DNA of 64,000 nucleotides from Elsinoe ampelina (Eukaryota): NCBI GenBank assembly GCA_010093995.1, contig ML992502.1, positions 1,708,312 to 1,772,311 of the forward strand, read 5' to 3'. Shown piece by piece: positions 1 to 11,041 of this stretch (position 1 is its first letter; each line of letters starts with the position of its first letter). The notes under the pieces were generated by a model. It saw only the letters and a program-made list of their open reading frames with translations, ran no database searches and was not told where the DNA came from. The position numbers and the translations under genes were made by a program.

Positions 1-192
1 TACGCTCGAACCCGTGTAGAAGATCGGCCAGCGACTCCACGGCGCCTCGCGGGCATCCTGCAACCATGTCGAGAGGTAGGGGTTGCGCACAATAAGCGGC
101 AGGACAGGGGGCTTGAGTGTTGACGCTGAGCAAGTGGTGACGAAGGACGTCAATGCCAGCACCAAAGCCGGCAGAGGCGCGAGGGCTCTCAT
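1..192 (-). CDS. Secreted glutaminase A (GtaA-like) protein, 5' part only; runs off the window edge
   Basis: Manual translation from ATG at 192: MRALAPLPALVLALTSFVTTCSASTLKPPVLPLIVRNPYLSTWLQ... This is a signal peptide followed by the PPxLPLxVRxPYLSTW motif typical of fungal GtaA N-termini. Confidence 0.75.
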   Translation of the reverse strand, partial: MRALAPLPALVLALTSFVTTCSASTLKPPVLPLIVRNPYLSTWLQDAREAPWSRWPIFYTGSSV

Positions 193-1349
193 GGTATGCA
201 GGGCAGGGGAGGGAGCTCCGAGTGTTTCAACGCGGCGGAGGGAGTGTTGATGTGACCGAACAAGACGATCGCTGTCTATAGTGCTTGCAAATGAGAGAAC
301 AAGGAGAGAAATGTGCCCGCTTCTATTCAAAGGAACGATGTGAGGAAAAAGGTCAGCTGGACCCGTCTTGGTGTGGGAGGGGAAGGACGGTTGGCAGCGT
401 AGCGAAAGAACCAGAAGCAGTCAACTGCTTGAGACATCGTCATCGTCTGGGGCATTGGTCGCCCGAAACGTGCCTGAGTGTGGGGAAGGAGGTCCGAGCT
501 TGACGGGGAGAGTCATGCAGGTATACTGGGAAGAAGGTGCATGAGGCAAGTGAGTACAGAATGTCATTGGGCTGTGGTGTGATCTCTTACAGGGCGATGT
601 CTGGCGGTCTTGAAAGAAGTCATGGGAAACTGTTCATGACAAGCTTGCACAACACAAGGCACGAAACGTGAGCTATAGAATCCACAGATCGATTGCTGGG
701 GGTATTTTGAACAAGCAAAAAACAATGCATCAAAGCGCTACGGACTAACGCGAGCCATTAGAAAATAAGACTAGTCGACAGTAGGTCGGATCGTCATCTA
801 TCCCATGTTGCTCTCCCTCTGTCCCATCCTCGAGCACTCTATGCTCGACGGACTTCAACGACAGCTGACTGTCAAGTGCAGGGGTGTCGAGAGGTCGACA
901 TCTTGCATCTTTCCCTTCGGCTGTTGTACTCGATCGAACTTTGATGGTCATGACGCTTTTTGGTATACCGGAGATGTAAGGAAAAGAGGACTTCGGATGT
1001 GGTAGTCTGAGATCGGCCGTCACAGGATCCGCGTGGTGAGGTGAAGCTCTGAGAGGAGTTGAGATGAGTGGATATTATAACGAGTGTTGGGTAGCAAATA
1101 AGGGATTTTGGTTTGGCCTGGGGAAGGCTGCAGGTTTACAGAAGCTGAGTCCACCAGAGTGCCTTGCAAAGTGTGCACTGCCAGACAGATCATCTGCCGT
1201 TGCTGCAGTCCCCCATTACGAGGTATGCAGTAGCGAGTAGGACCCTCTGGCAGAAAGCAAGCGGATAATCAGACAGGGGAAATTGTCTGTTGACCATATG
1301 TCGATGGACCGATATAGGTGTGGAGAGGATAAGGAGGACTGCGCGCGTT

Positions 1350-2486
1350 CTATGCGGCTTCGCCGGCTGGAGCTTGGCTGCGGCGCATCTTCTCGGCCTC
1401 CAGGTTTTCGTACAAAAGATAGAGAGCCTTCTCGTTGGCGGTGGCGCTGCCAGTGATAGTGAACATACGCTCGCCAGACTCGTCGTGAGGTGCCTTGGCT
1501 ATCGAGATGCGAGCACCGGAGCTCTTGCGAATCTCCGAGATCTTGCTACCTGCACGACCAATGATACAGCCGACCATATCCGCAGGAATGCTGATGTTCT
1601 GGGTAGAGATTTCCTCACCGTCTTCGTTGACACCGCTGGAAACAGTGCCGACCTGAGGAGGATTCGCGCCAGCATCCGAGCGCCTAGAGTAGCGTGGAGC
1701 ACCCTCGCTGAAGTCAGTACCGTTGCCAGTCCTGGCAAAAGGCCTTGGTGCGTTGTAACCGCTTCCATTGGTGGCGGCACCTCCGGTCTGAACACGAACA
1801 GCAGGGTTGTAGAGCACAGTGCCGTATCCGCGTTGCTCGTCATCTACCAAGCACCTGCCAATCTCCCAAACGGCCTTCTGGATTGCATCGGGTGTACCTT
1901 GGACTTCGACAATGCGCTCGGTCGACTGGGGGAGCATCTCCTTCTGCGCGACCATGCGGACGCCGGATGAATCCTGGATATGCTTGATCTTGAGCCCTTG
2001 ACGTCCAATGATGGTGCCCATTTGGTTGTGCGAGATGAGGAGGCGAACAGCTGTTATCCGTATTAGCAAACTGGCTGCGAATGTTGGTTGCGTGGACATA
2101 CGATGAGTGTTGGGACTGGCAACGACACCGCCCATACCGACAGCAGGGGCACCCTTGACAAGACCGTCCGCGACAAGACCATAAGCGTTTGCGATCCCAT
2201 CAAGCGGTCCAGTGACGGTAAGAACACGATCGTGGACACCGGGGACGACCTTGCTGACACCTGCCCTCACGCCAGTCTTATCGCGAAGGTCGGCTACATT
2301 TTGTCCCGCCTTGCCGATGATGACACCGGCCTCCTTGGAAGACACAATAGCACGCAAGGTCAACTGAGCGGTTCCGTACTCTTCGATCGACCTCTGGGGA
2401 GGATCTTCGGACCCCGCGGTGAGGCGGCCGAGACCGTCAGTGATGGAGTCGACAGGGACCTCGGTGTTTGATTGTTCGGTAGACAT
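1350..2486 (-). CDS. Three-KH-domain RNA-binding protein (Rnc1/Hek2/PCBP family); intron 2051..2101
   Basis: Three KH GxxG loops (IIGKAG, IIGRQG, IIGRAG). The KH1 segment QLTLRAIVSSKEAGVIIGKAG..VHDRVLTVTG resembles S. pombe Rnc1. In-frame 51-nt intron gtatgt..ctaat..acag. Start taken at MSTEQ (ATG 2486). Confidence 0.92.
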   Translation of the reverse strand: MSTEQSNTEVPVDSITDGLGRLTAGSEDPPQRSIEEYGTAQLTLRAIVSSKEAGVIIGKAGQNVADLRDKTGVRAGVSKVVPGVHDRVLTVTGPLDGIANAYGLVADGLVKGAPAVGMGGVVASPNTHRMSTQPTFAASLLIRITAVRLLISHNQMGTIIGRQGLKIKHIQDSSGVRMVAQKEMLPQSTERIVEVQGTPDAIQKAVWEIGRCLVDDEQRGYGTVLYNPAVRVQTGGAATNGSGYNAPRPFARTGNGTDFSEGAPRYSRRSDAGANPPQVGTVSSGVNEDGEEISTQNISIPADMVGCIIGRAGSKISEIRKSSGARISIAKAPHDESGERMFTITGSATANEKALYLLYENLEAEKMRRSQAPAGEAA

Positions 2487-3780
2487 GTTGAGGGATGAGA
2501 TGGCTGCAAAAGATGCGTTCTCGAAGGTTGACGTGGTAGGTGCGGGGTGGGCGGTTGAGGTGGGTGAGTTGATATCAAAGGTCGATCGATATACGAGACG
2601 AGGATGATGCACTCGGATAGAAGTGAGGTGAAGAGGAGAGAAGAGTGGGAGAGGGTCGAATCTGTGTGTTTATCAAGTCAGCGATTCATTGTTTCCGAAT
2701 GCGGCAATGTCGACTGAGGCTTCGACTTTTTTTTCGGTGCGAGGAAGGCACAAAGAATTCGGACGAGCAAGGCCCGACAATGGAGATTGCGAAAACTCAC
2801 CGACGGTTCTGCAAATGAGGCGGGTCGTTCAGAGGGGTAGGAGACTGGGCGCGCGAAGATGGAGAATGGGAAAGAGGAGGTGAAGAGCGGGTAGAGGGGA
2901 AGTGTGTTGCGTTGGGATGGGATGGTCAAAAACTGCGTGGTGGTTCGTGGAGGAGGTCCAAGGTCCTTGGTCCACGGTTCTCTGCGGTGCGCTTGGGTCA
3001 CAAATGTCAAAGCCGGGAGCATCTCGCTTTCACTTTGGCTTTTTGCTTGCGTCTACGGTCTGGTGGCGGGCAGAATCGCAGCAAACATTCCGATTGGTTG
3101 TCCTCGAGTCCAAAGCTCCATTGATTGCTCTTTAGCTTCAATTCTGCCAAAAAGCCAATGGTGAAATTTTATCCATTCGAATTGCATCGCAGCTGTCTCG
3201 AGGACAGCTTATTTGTCCATATAGAGGGGGATTTCATGCATGATCGTACAGCTCATCCCTGTCCTCATGAAACAGACTCCGCAACACGCTGGAGCCCGCC
3301 AAACGACCTGCCGTACGAACCATGACCTTGCATGGAAATAGCGAGAACTAAAATAGCGGGCCACGGATCTCGACCTGCCTCTTCCCAAACACCGCATCCC
3401 ATTGGGCATTCCATCTTGTTATCTGTGTGATGACTACTATTCACTCTCAGAACACACTGCGAGCTCTCGTACGCTTGTACGTCAAAGTATTTGTTGCGCG
3501 TCATTGCAATTTGTCTGCATGCGCTTGGCCTTGAGCTCTGCCACACTAGGCGCTTATATTGCTCCGTGCTCGGCCGGTGGGGAGGCGATTTTCTGCTTGC
3601 AGAGCGATCCCGCTTGACAGGCGGTGACCACGAGTATTTGGCGCCATGTGTCGATCAAGTCGGGTGATATTGTACCCACGCTGGATGGTATGCCGTTTTT
3701 GTGTAAACACAGTTCCAGCATGTGTTCTCGCATGGCCACCATCCATGGCCACACGTACCGATAGTGTAGAGCCATGAGCC

Positions 3781-4764
3781 TCAGACAATTCCCAAAGCGA
3801 TCCAGCCAGCTCCAGCAGCATACACAGTACTATCACCACCGCCTTTGATTGACCATCTGAATCCTTGCTCGGTCACTTCCTTGGTCTCTACACCGACCCG
3901 CAAATCCGCGTTGCCCGCCATATCCAGCATATTCAATGCTACCAAGACAGTCGGTGGGCGTTTGAAGCTTCTCTTAAAGCTGACCCAGCCTGTTGTCTCC
4001 TCCTTTGGATCGCTCCAGCTCCTCACGTCCAGCGTACTGATCTCTCCGCTGTCCGCATTGGCTTTCGTCGAAGGAAAGGCGATCCAGCACATCGCCGCGC
4101 CATTCAGCTGGCTGTTTCCCCAAGCATCTACGTGAGCTGTGAAGCCAGACTTGGTGATGTGAGAGGCAGAGCTGCGAAGGCGGTAGTTGTGGTCCGGCGA
4201 AGAGGAGAGATCGAGCCGATTTAACCAGCAGATGACGCTCGGTGGTGACATGAAAGCTCGCGGGAAGCGGATGTGTCTGCTATTCTCCTGCGGACATGCT
4301 TCCTTCTCTTTGGCTCTCGCGCTGTTGGTGGAGACTTGTCCGTTGACGTGTTTGGTTGTACCATTCGCCTGGGGTGTAGATGCCCGCGACGCTGAAACGG
4401 AAGAGCGGACTAGATCTGCAGTGTCAAACTGACCAAAGAGGCAGTCCTTTGCGTCGCGCTTGTGCTCTATCCAGGTTGCGCCGCCGGAGTAAAGTATGCT
4501 CGAACCCCATGTCTCGAGAGATATCTTGAATTGAGAAGTCGTGATGCCATCTACGACGAGGTTTGCCCGCGCGGGACGATCACAGGAGAGGTGAAGGCTG
4601 CTGAGACCTGCGGCGAGGTTTGGCGGGGTCTGGTAGTGAGGTCCAGCAGCGGAGGAGGGGAGAGCAATGATGCGGGAGGTCGAAGGACATGGCCGGTCCG
4701 ATGAGCGCACTTCATCCGTATGAAAGTGGCCAGTGTCCGGACCTGGCTTGGAAAGATGCACCAT
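3781..4764 (-). CDS. Protein with three tandem H-type lectin domains, no signal peptide
   Basis: 327-aa ORF with three repeats of F..PP.V...L..LD....N.R......IT..GF......W....L....A.WIA (e.g. FMSPPSVICWLNRLDL..NYRL..ITKSGFTAHVDAW; FKRPPTVLVALNMLDM..DLRV..VTEQGF). Confidence 0.8.
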   Translation of the reverse strand: MVHLSKPGPDTGHFHTDEVRSSDRPCPSTSRIIALPSSAAGPHYQTPPNLAAGLSSLHLSCDRPARANLVVDGITTSQFKISLETWGSSILYSGGATWIEHKRDAKDCLFGQFDTADLVRSSVSASRASTPQANGTTKHVNGQVSTNSARAKEKEACPQENSRHIRFPRAFMSPPSVICWLNRLDLSSSPDHNYRLRSSASHITKSGFTAHVDAWGNSQLNGAAMCWIAFPSTKANADSGEISTLDVRSWSDPKEETTGWVSFKRSFKRPPTVLVALNMLDMAGNADLRVGVETKEVTEQGFRWSIKGGGDSTVYAAGAGWIALGIV

Positions 4765-5157
4765 CGCTGGCGCTAGTAAGAAAATGCTGCAGACACATGA
4801 GTGAGAGGGATCGTCGAGAGATCATGAAGGGTCGAAAGCCTCGGAGACGGAATGGAGTTGGATTTTATGCCAGAGCTTCAGCATGTCCAACGGCCAAGTT
4901 CGAGCAAAGCCTTCCACAAACACGAACAAACACATCGCAGCACATTCAAGATGACAAGGTTCTCAACACACTACTACGGGTTCAAGGAAACTCAAGTAGT
5001 GCTTTCTGCCGTAAATTATTTGAACGTGATCGAAGAAGTATTGTATCGTGCATGCTGGGTATCGTTTCCGTTTCGTCTCATAACCTCCTCCGTACTCGAT
5101 CTTCAACAAGCCATGGTTGTATCGTGATCAATTTGTCTCCTTCCTGACAGACCAGGC

Positions 5158-5658
5158 TCACTTCTTCTCTGCGGACTTGTCCCCACCCTTGCCGCCGAAG
5201 AAGCTTCCAACATAGCTGCCAGCGCCCTTTGCTCCTTCAGTAGCAGCGTTACCGCCGTCCTTTGCCTTGTTGACCATGGGGTCAGTGACGCCTCCAAGTG
5301 GCCCTCCATAGGAACCCTTGTCGTCCTTGCCGCCGCGTTGAGCACGGTTGATGCCCTCCTTCGAGGCCATATCTCCGACTGGCTGGAGGAGGCCGCCCTT
5401 GCCTACCTGACCGGCGACAGTGTCGGTGACGCCGCCCTGGAGCTTGTCGACAGGCTCGATACCGCTGACCTGGGTCTTGTTGAGGGTGTCTGCGAGAAGG
5501 TCAGCATTCCTGGTAGGATCTTTGCTGGGGGATCTGTACTCACCCTTGGTGGCATAGCTAGCTTTGTTATCCTTGCCAAAGTAGTAAAGATACTGGTCCT
5601 GAATCCAGGGCATCCACCGCTCGTACTGGTTGTTGTACATCTGCTTGCCGCGCTCCAT
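5158..5658 (-). CDS. Small Gly/Lys-rich hydrophilic hypothetical protein; intron 5490..5543
   Basis: ATG-initiated ORF with a canonical in-frame 54-nt intron (gtgagt..gctgac..gcag). Coding-like composition; TATAA-like motif upstream near 5782-5786. Confidence 0.75.
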   Translation of the reverse strand: MERGKQMYNNQYERWMPWIQDQYLYYFGKDNKASYATKGEYRSPSKDPTRNADLLADTLNKTQVSGIEPVDKLQGGVTDTVAGQVGKGGLLQPVGDMASKEGINRAQRGGKDDKGSYGGPLGGVTDPMVNKAKDGGNAATEGAKGAGSYVGSFFGGKGGDKSAEKK

Positions 5659-6226
5659 TGTGCTGGTGAAATGTATGAGGATGGAGATGGTATGAGCTTG
5701 GTGGTGATTGAAGGAAGAGAATGTTGCTGGAAAGCTTCCTAACTGATTGTTGGGTGAGCTGAATATGGGTGAATAGAGAGATTATAAATTGAGAAGATCC
5801 AGAGAACTAAATACTCTGCAATGCCTCATCAATGTGAATACAAAAGGTGTGGCTGATGCTGCCACGCACGGTGACATCAGAGGGTCAAAAGTTGGACGAC
5901 CTGGCACCTGGCTGCTGGGAATTTCCAGACTGCCGATCGCCTTGATTGGACGGCGATCTCCATCACATGCTACAACCAGAAAATGCATGCGTTAAGCGAT
6001 CTGGACCACGGTTATCATCATTGTGGAAGAGTTTGGTAGGCAGGAGGAATCCGCTTCAGTTTTGTCATAGAAGCTGCTGGTGGAACTTCAATACACAATA
6101 ACGCCATGCCCGCTGGTCCGTCACAAGTCTGCTATACAACACCCAGGTTGCCTTTTCCTGTCCCGCGCCTTGCTATGGTACACACCCTAAGTATGTTGTT
6201 ATACAAGAAATTCACCCAGCCAAGCT

Positions 6227-8083
6227 TCATGTCGCGAACCGCCGCTGATTCAAGCTAGACGTCCTCGCCGAGGGTGTCGTCATGCGCGGTGATGGAGTCT
6301 GATAATCTTGACTTCCAAGTCGTGGCCTTGTACCTGAAATGCTGCTACCGACTTCAGATGGTGTTCCCCGGACCCGCTCAAGGAACTTCCTCGCCGACGG
6401 TGTTTGTCCGCTTATAGACACGGCAGATTGATTGTCGTTGATCTCCTCATTTTGCATATTAGCGCTGCGACGTCGAGCCTCCACTGTCTCTCTGAGACTT
6501 GGTGAGCGAGCTGCGCCTGTACGGAGGTGGTCGCGTTTGACCCCAAATCCTAATCTCCCAACTTCGGTCATTGCACGAGACGGAGCCCGCAAAGATGGAT
6601 CCTCAGTTCGTTCCGCTATTGATGGCCGTCGACTTTGTCTCTGCGCATCCTGGCTTCCGAGACTGCTATACCGAGCAGTGTAATCTTTGGGGGTCGTGCT
6701 TGGAGAGCGCTCCCCTTGTCGTAAGTCGGCAGGCAAGTCATTGCGTCCGCTGATGCTCAATCTAGGCGTTCTCACTTCGTCCGCCCTGGCCCAGCTTGTT
6801 CGTGATGCTCGTCGACTTTGTGGTGCCGTTGGGACATCCGCAGGATCCTCATCGAGCTCCACGCTTTGGCGAATGTAGGCTCTTGATGACTCCGGATTCG
6901 GCTTCCTGGCACTGACAGGGGAGTTCAACAATTGTGCCTCGTCACTCCGACTGTCACACATGGCGATGCACAAATCGGCAAGGTTCCTGCAGAGACTGTC
7001 CACTTTACGGCGCATTTGCCGATCAGACGTACCAAATCCATTGACCGTCGAAGCCGCAGAGGTATTCATTGCGGTTGCAACATGTCTACCAGTAGCTGTC
7101 GCCATAGCTAGGGAATCCATGACAGCAGCTTCAAGTGGTCGGTATACCTGCGGCTTGAGCGTAGTCCGCGCGCGGGCCAGTGCAGACTGCAGAGTCGGGT
7201 GAACTTCAGCGGGTATGGTAGTCCCCATCGTCATCTCTGACGGTGGCACGATTTGCTTGCGTACTTGTTGAGGCGAAGAAGATACAGTGGTGGGTGCAGT
7301 CGTTGCTGTTTGAGGTCGAGCTGCAGTAGCACTAGCAATCGCAGCATTTGCTGTCGACGGTAGTCGATGACCAGTCACTTCTAGTTTCTTAATCCTCGAC
7401 TTGAGCTCATCCAATTCGTCCCACACTGTGCTCGCGGCAGTCTGTGAGCCGACAGAGTCGGAGTCGTTGGGTGCGACCTGGCCCAGACCAGTGGTCAAGG
7501 GAGGCTGCTCAGGACTGACAGGCTTCAGAGATGATCGCCTGCCGCTACCGTAGCCGTTCATGTACGAAGGTCGTTCTTCCGCGTGTCCGTCTGTATCCGC
7601 ATATAGTCGTCGTTGGCGACGCAATCTGGGGGTTTCGATTTGGGAGAAGGAGGTAAGGGGTTGTTCGTAACGACTGCTAGGAGTATGGTCCGCGCGTGAT
7701 GCTATCTCACGGTTGTATCGCACAGATGAGAGGTTACTCGAGTAGCCTATGCCGCCATTGGGTTGCGAGACGTGCCTTGTGTGCTGAGCTCTTGAATGTC
7801 CTCCGTCCTGACCCCTGACGGTGGGAAGTTGACCACTAGATCGCGGTCGTGAATCTTCTCTTGCCAGAGGTGTTCGATCCGGGAATTGACCCGGTAGGTT
7901 CTTCAAGGTGTGGTCGTCTTCGTCCAGATTGCGATTCCTGTTGTGCGAAAGGCGGGAGGCTGGTTCCTGAATGTCATCGTCACTCTTACTCAACTCGGGC
8001 TCTTCAGCAAGGTCCAGGAATACGTCCTCGCTTCCATCGGTGTCTGAGGCCGGACTACGCGAGCTCTTGAACCTCGAGAGCAT
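6227..8083 (-). CDS. Mto2/Spa18-like non-centrosomal MTOC protein, largely disordered; start uncertain
   Basis: Long ORF with a coiled coil STVWDELDELKSRIKKLEV and the helical block HPTLQSALARARTTLKPQVYRPLEAAV...KVDSLCRNLADLCIAM. This resembles recalled S. pombe Mto2 (VDALCRSLAELCLGL). First in-frame ATG is at 8083. Confidence 0.7.
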   Translation of the reverse strand: MLSRFKSSRSPASDTDGSEDVFLDLAEEPELSKSDDDIQEPASRLSHNRNRNLDEDDHTLKNLPGQFPDRTPLAREDSRPRSSGQLPTVRGQDGGHSRAQHTRHVSQPNGGIGYSSNLSSVRYNREIASRADHTPSSRYEQPLTSFSQIETPRLRRQRRLYADTDGHAEERPSYMNGYGSGRRSSLKPVSPEQPPLTTGLGQVAPNDSDSVGSQTAASTVWDELDELKSRIKKLEVTGHRLPSTANAAIASATAARPQTATTAPTTVSSSPQQVRKQIVPPSEMTMGTTIPAEVHPTLQSALARARTTLKPQVYRPLEAAVMDSLAMATATGRHVATAMNTSAASTVNGFGTSDRQMRRKVDSLCRNLADLCIAMCDSRSDEAQLLNSPVSARKPNPESSRAYIRQSVELDEDPADVPTAPQSRRASRTSWARADEVRTPRLSISGRNDLPADLRQGERSPSTTPKDYTARYSSLGSQDAQRQSRRPSIAERTEDPSLRAPSRAMTEVGRLGFGVKRDHLRTGAARSPSLRETVEARRRSANMQNEEINDNQSAVSISGQTPSARKFLERVRGTPSEVGSSISGTRPRLGSQDYQTPSPRMTTPSARTSSLNQRRFAT

Positions 8084-11041
8084 TGCGCGCTTCAAGATTG
8101 GTGATCTCAAATCGCATCGGCGTAAAAGCTGTGTCTTCCGCAGCCCGTCCAAAGGTCCGGGCTCATCTGACGTCGCGTTATGGTCCAATCTGCGCTGCCT
8201 GCATTCGAGCTTGGTGAAATATGGGGTGCGGCGACGATATTTCAACACAAGATGGACGTCGATATCAGTCTCGGCATGATCCGAGCATAGAAGGATAGGC
8301 AATAGGTGCTTAAGTTCGCACAAGCTGCTTCTGGCGCGCGTGGGCGTGAGAGCAGCATCCAAAGCGGGAACAAGCGCACGGGCCAGGTTTCAGGTTCACC
8401 TCGCGAAGCATCCAGCGTCACAGCATTGACCACACCTGCGAGTGACATCTCATGCTAGAAACATATGTTGTGGTGTTTAACGGGACTTGCACACTGATGG
8501 GGACTCAAGCACAAGCATAGCATCGACATAACTTCAGTCGCCGCGAGCAAGGTTCCGCAGATCTCTGGCATGTTTGCACCGGCGACACAACTGCCGCTTC
8601 TGGACAGCTCAATGCGGATCTTCACCGGTCGGTTTCGGGCGTGGCACCTTTGGTGAAGATCACGGATGCCCCGAACGACGGTGGTCGATCATTCATTAAT
8701 AAACTGATGAGGTCCGGCTGTCTAGTACAACATGCATGCAATGCTGAAGGGAGTTGTCATGTCAATCTAAGGTATTGCATAGTCTCACTTTTTTCATATG
8801 TCACTAGGCTTGCTGCCTACACGACACTGTTCCCTTCCAAAACAAGACTCTCCAGTCGAGGCTGAGCTGCGAGGTGGAAGGTTGAGACGAGATCACGCTG
8901 GCCTTCGGAAAGGACTGGACGGCGGTGGCCTTGCCATCCTTCGTGCTGTACAGCAAACCTGACCTCAGGCCGGATTAAGGCCAATTTACAGCAAGCAGAT
9001 CCTCTGAGATCCCGATCGAGTAGCTGGCGCAGTCAGTGGCTCCTATTCTGGTACAGTAGCAGGGAAGCCGCACCGAAGCGGATTGTTGGTGCATCCTGAA
9101 CCCGTCCAAACACTCCTTCACCCCGATATGGTCCAGCAATTGCTTGGTATCACATGGCATTGTTATTGACCAGCAGCTCACACAATCAATTCATGGATAA
9201 CATGATATCATCAGCATGCAACATCGCGGCTCCCGATGGCCTTCAGCCGCGTATTGATTCTGGCGTATAAGCTGGCAGCCTGACCCAGCATAAGCTCGCA
9301 AGGATGTGTAATGCAAGCATTCCGGGGGGGGCCATCAGATACCAGCAGGTTCAATGTCAAGGTTGCTACTATCCGAGAGATTCACAGCTTTCATGAGTCT
9401 CCCTCTTTGAAATAACATCTCCTCCATACATGTACTGGCAGTCAAGGATGACAAAGCATGCAATTGCGTGGGGCGTTTGAAGGATGTAGGCATGTGGTTT
9501 TCCAAGCTAGACCCTTTCCGGCCGGGGCAGATCTATTTTGGTCCCTCGAAATGCACGGCCGATTGTTAGCGCATGCGCATTGGCCCCTCACCCTCGTCGC
9601 TCGTTCGCCAGAAGTCTGAACTCGTCCAAACTCGACCCTCGCTCGTCTCTCTTGACCTTCACGCTACACACGCACTTTCTCACAGCCGCGATCCGCCTCT
9701 CGCTCCCTTGAACAACCTTCTGCTTTCTCGTTTCGCGCCTGGTGCACTCTTTCCGGTCTTTTTCTGCTTTTCACGAATTGACGACTCTGCACCTCTACAA
9801 AGACGCTTAATTAACCCGCATTCGACATTGCTGAGACACGCCCGTCGCCCGCTTCAGCAGAAAGACACCCAGCCTTCTTTGTCTGTCGCCGTTGTACCCG
9901 CGCGACAACGGCCAGACACTCTGACACTCTGAGGGACACCATCGCCGTTCACCTACTGCACATCTCTCTCCCTGCAGAGGACCGACGTCCGATTTAGCAC
10001 GCTCAAAAGGTATTCCTCCCTTCCCCCCCAACGTGTCTGCTTTGTGCCGCCCGCCGACTGCTGCCTGTCTGCTGGATCGGACATCTCTCTCGACTACTTT
10101 CCACGAAATAAGAAGGATACAAACGACGAAGAAGCTGGAGGGAAAGAAAGGACACAAGAAGGTCTGAGGAACCACGATAAACCTTTGAAAGCGACGCCAA
10201 CCCGAAGAGGAACTAGACCTGGTTGGTGGGACTTAAGAGGACACAATCATAACCAAGTTTGGACAAGATTGGAATTCCGCAAGAGCAAGCGCAATTCACA
10301 CCGGCAACAGCGACTCTACGTCCACAGACAGCAGTCAAGAGTTACCACAGTGGCGTGAGTGGAAAGAGACCAAATTCAGCCTGGCACCTCTCCGTACTCT
10401 TTCACGTACACAACTCGACTCAGCAGTACATTGAAAGATAACAAAGAAGTGTACGATCAACAAGATATATTGCTGGATCATATTCCGACACTTTGTCCAA
10501 AGCGGCTTCCATTGGTTCCTGGACTTTTGCGAAGCGCCCACTAGTATCCCAAAGCTGACCAACCACAGCCCGCTTCACACTTTCTACCACCACGGCACTG
10601 AACACAGCGCTACTCAACTTGCTTGACCATCCTAGCGCAACTGCCCCTCTCGACCCTGTGGCGCCGTGGTCCTTGTCTTCAACCAGTCGAATTGCGCTGG
10701 TAAGCCAGTCCTGCATATCGAGACGCCAGACCACCATGGCTTTGTAGGCCTGTCGCATGAGCACGACACCCATTCTCCACCCATCACCACTCGTCTGGTA
10801 GTCACTTGACGCCAGTGACTCTGCTCGAACGCTCTTGTCGCGGAGCCCCCACTCTGTACCTTCCCAGTGAGTACTCCTGTCATTTTTATACTTCCAGAGC
10901 CGTGCCACATTCATGGTCTCCCCCCTCGCTCTCGCTATGGCTCGAGTTGCTGATATGTTGCAGGCACCGATTTTCGCTCGTTGTCCTTGGCGCCTCGAGC
11001 AGCAAACTTGGTGGTCAAACAGTGAATTGCTTGACATCAAT

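Noticed and set aside
10699..10963. Possible [D1,2] stwintron (G|GTAAGC...CCAG|TGAGT)
   Set aside because: The geometry fits, but there is no convincing branch point before the AG at 10867; two ordinary introns explain it more simply. RT-PCR for the intermediate would settle it.
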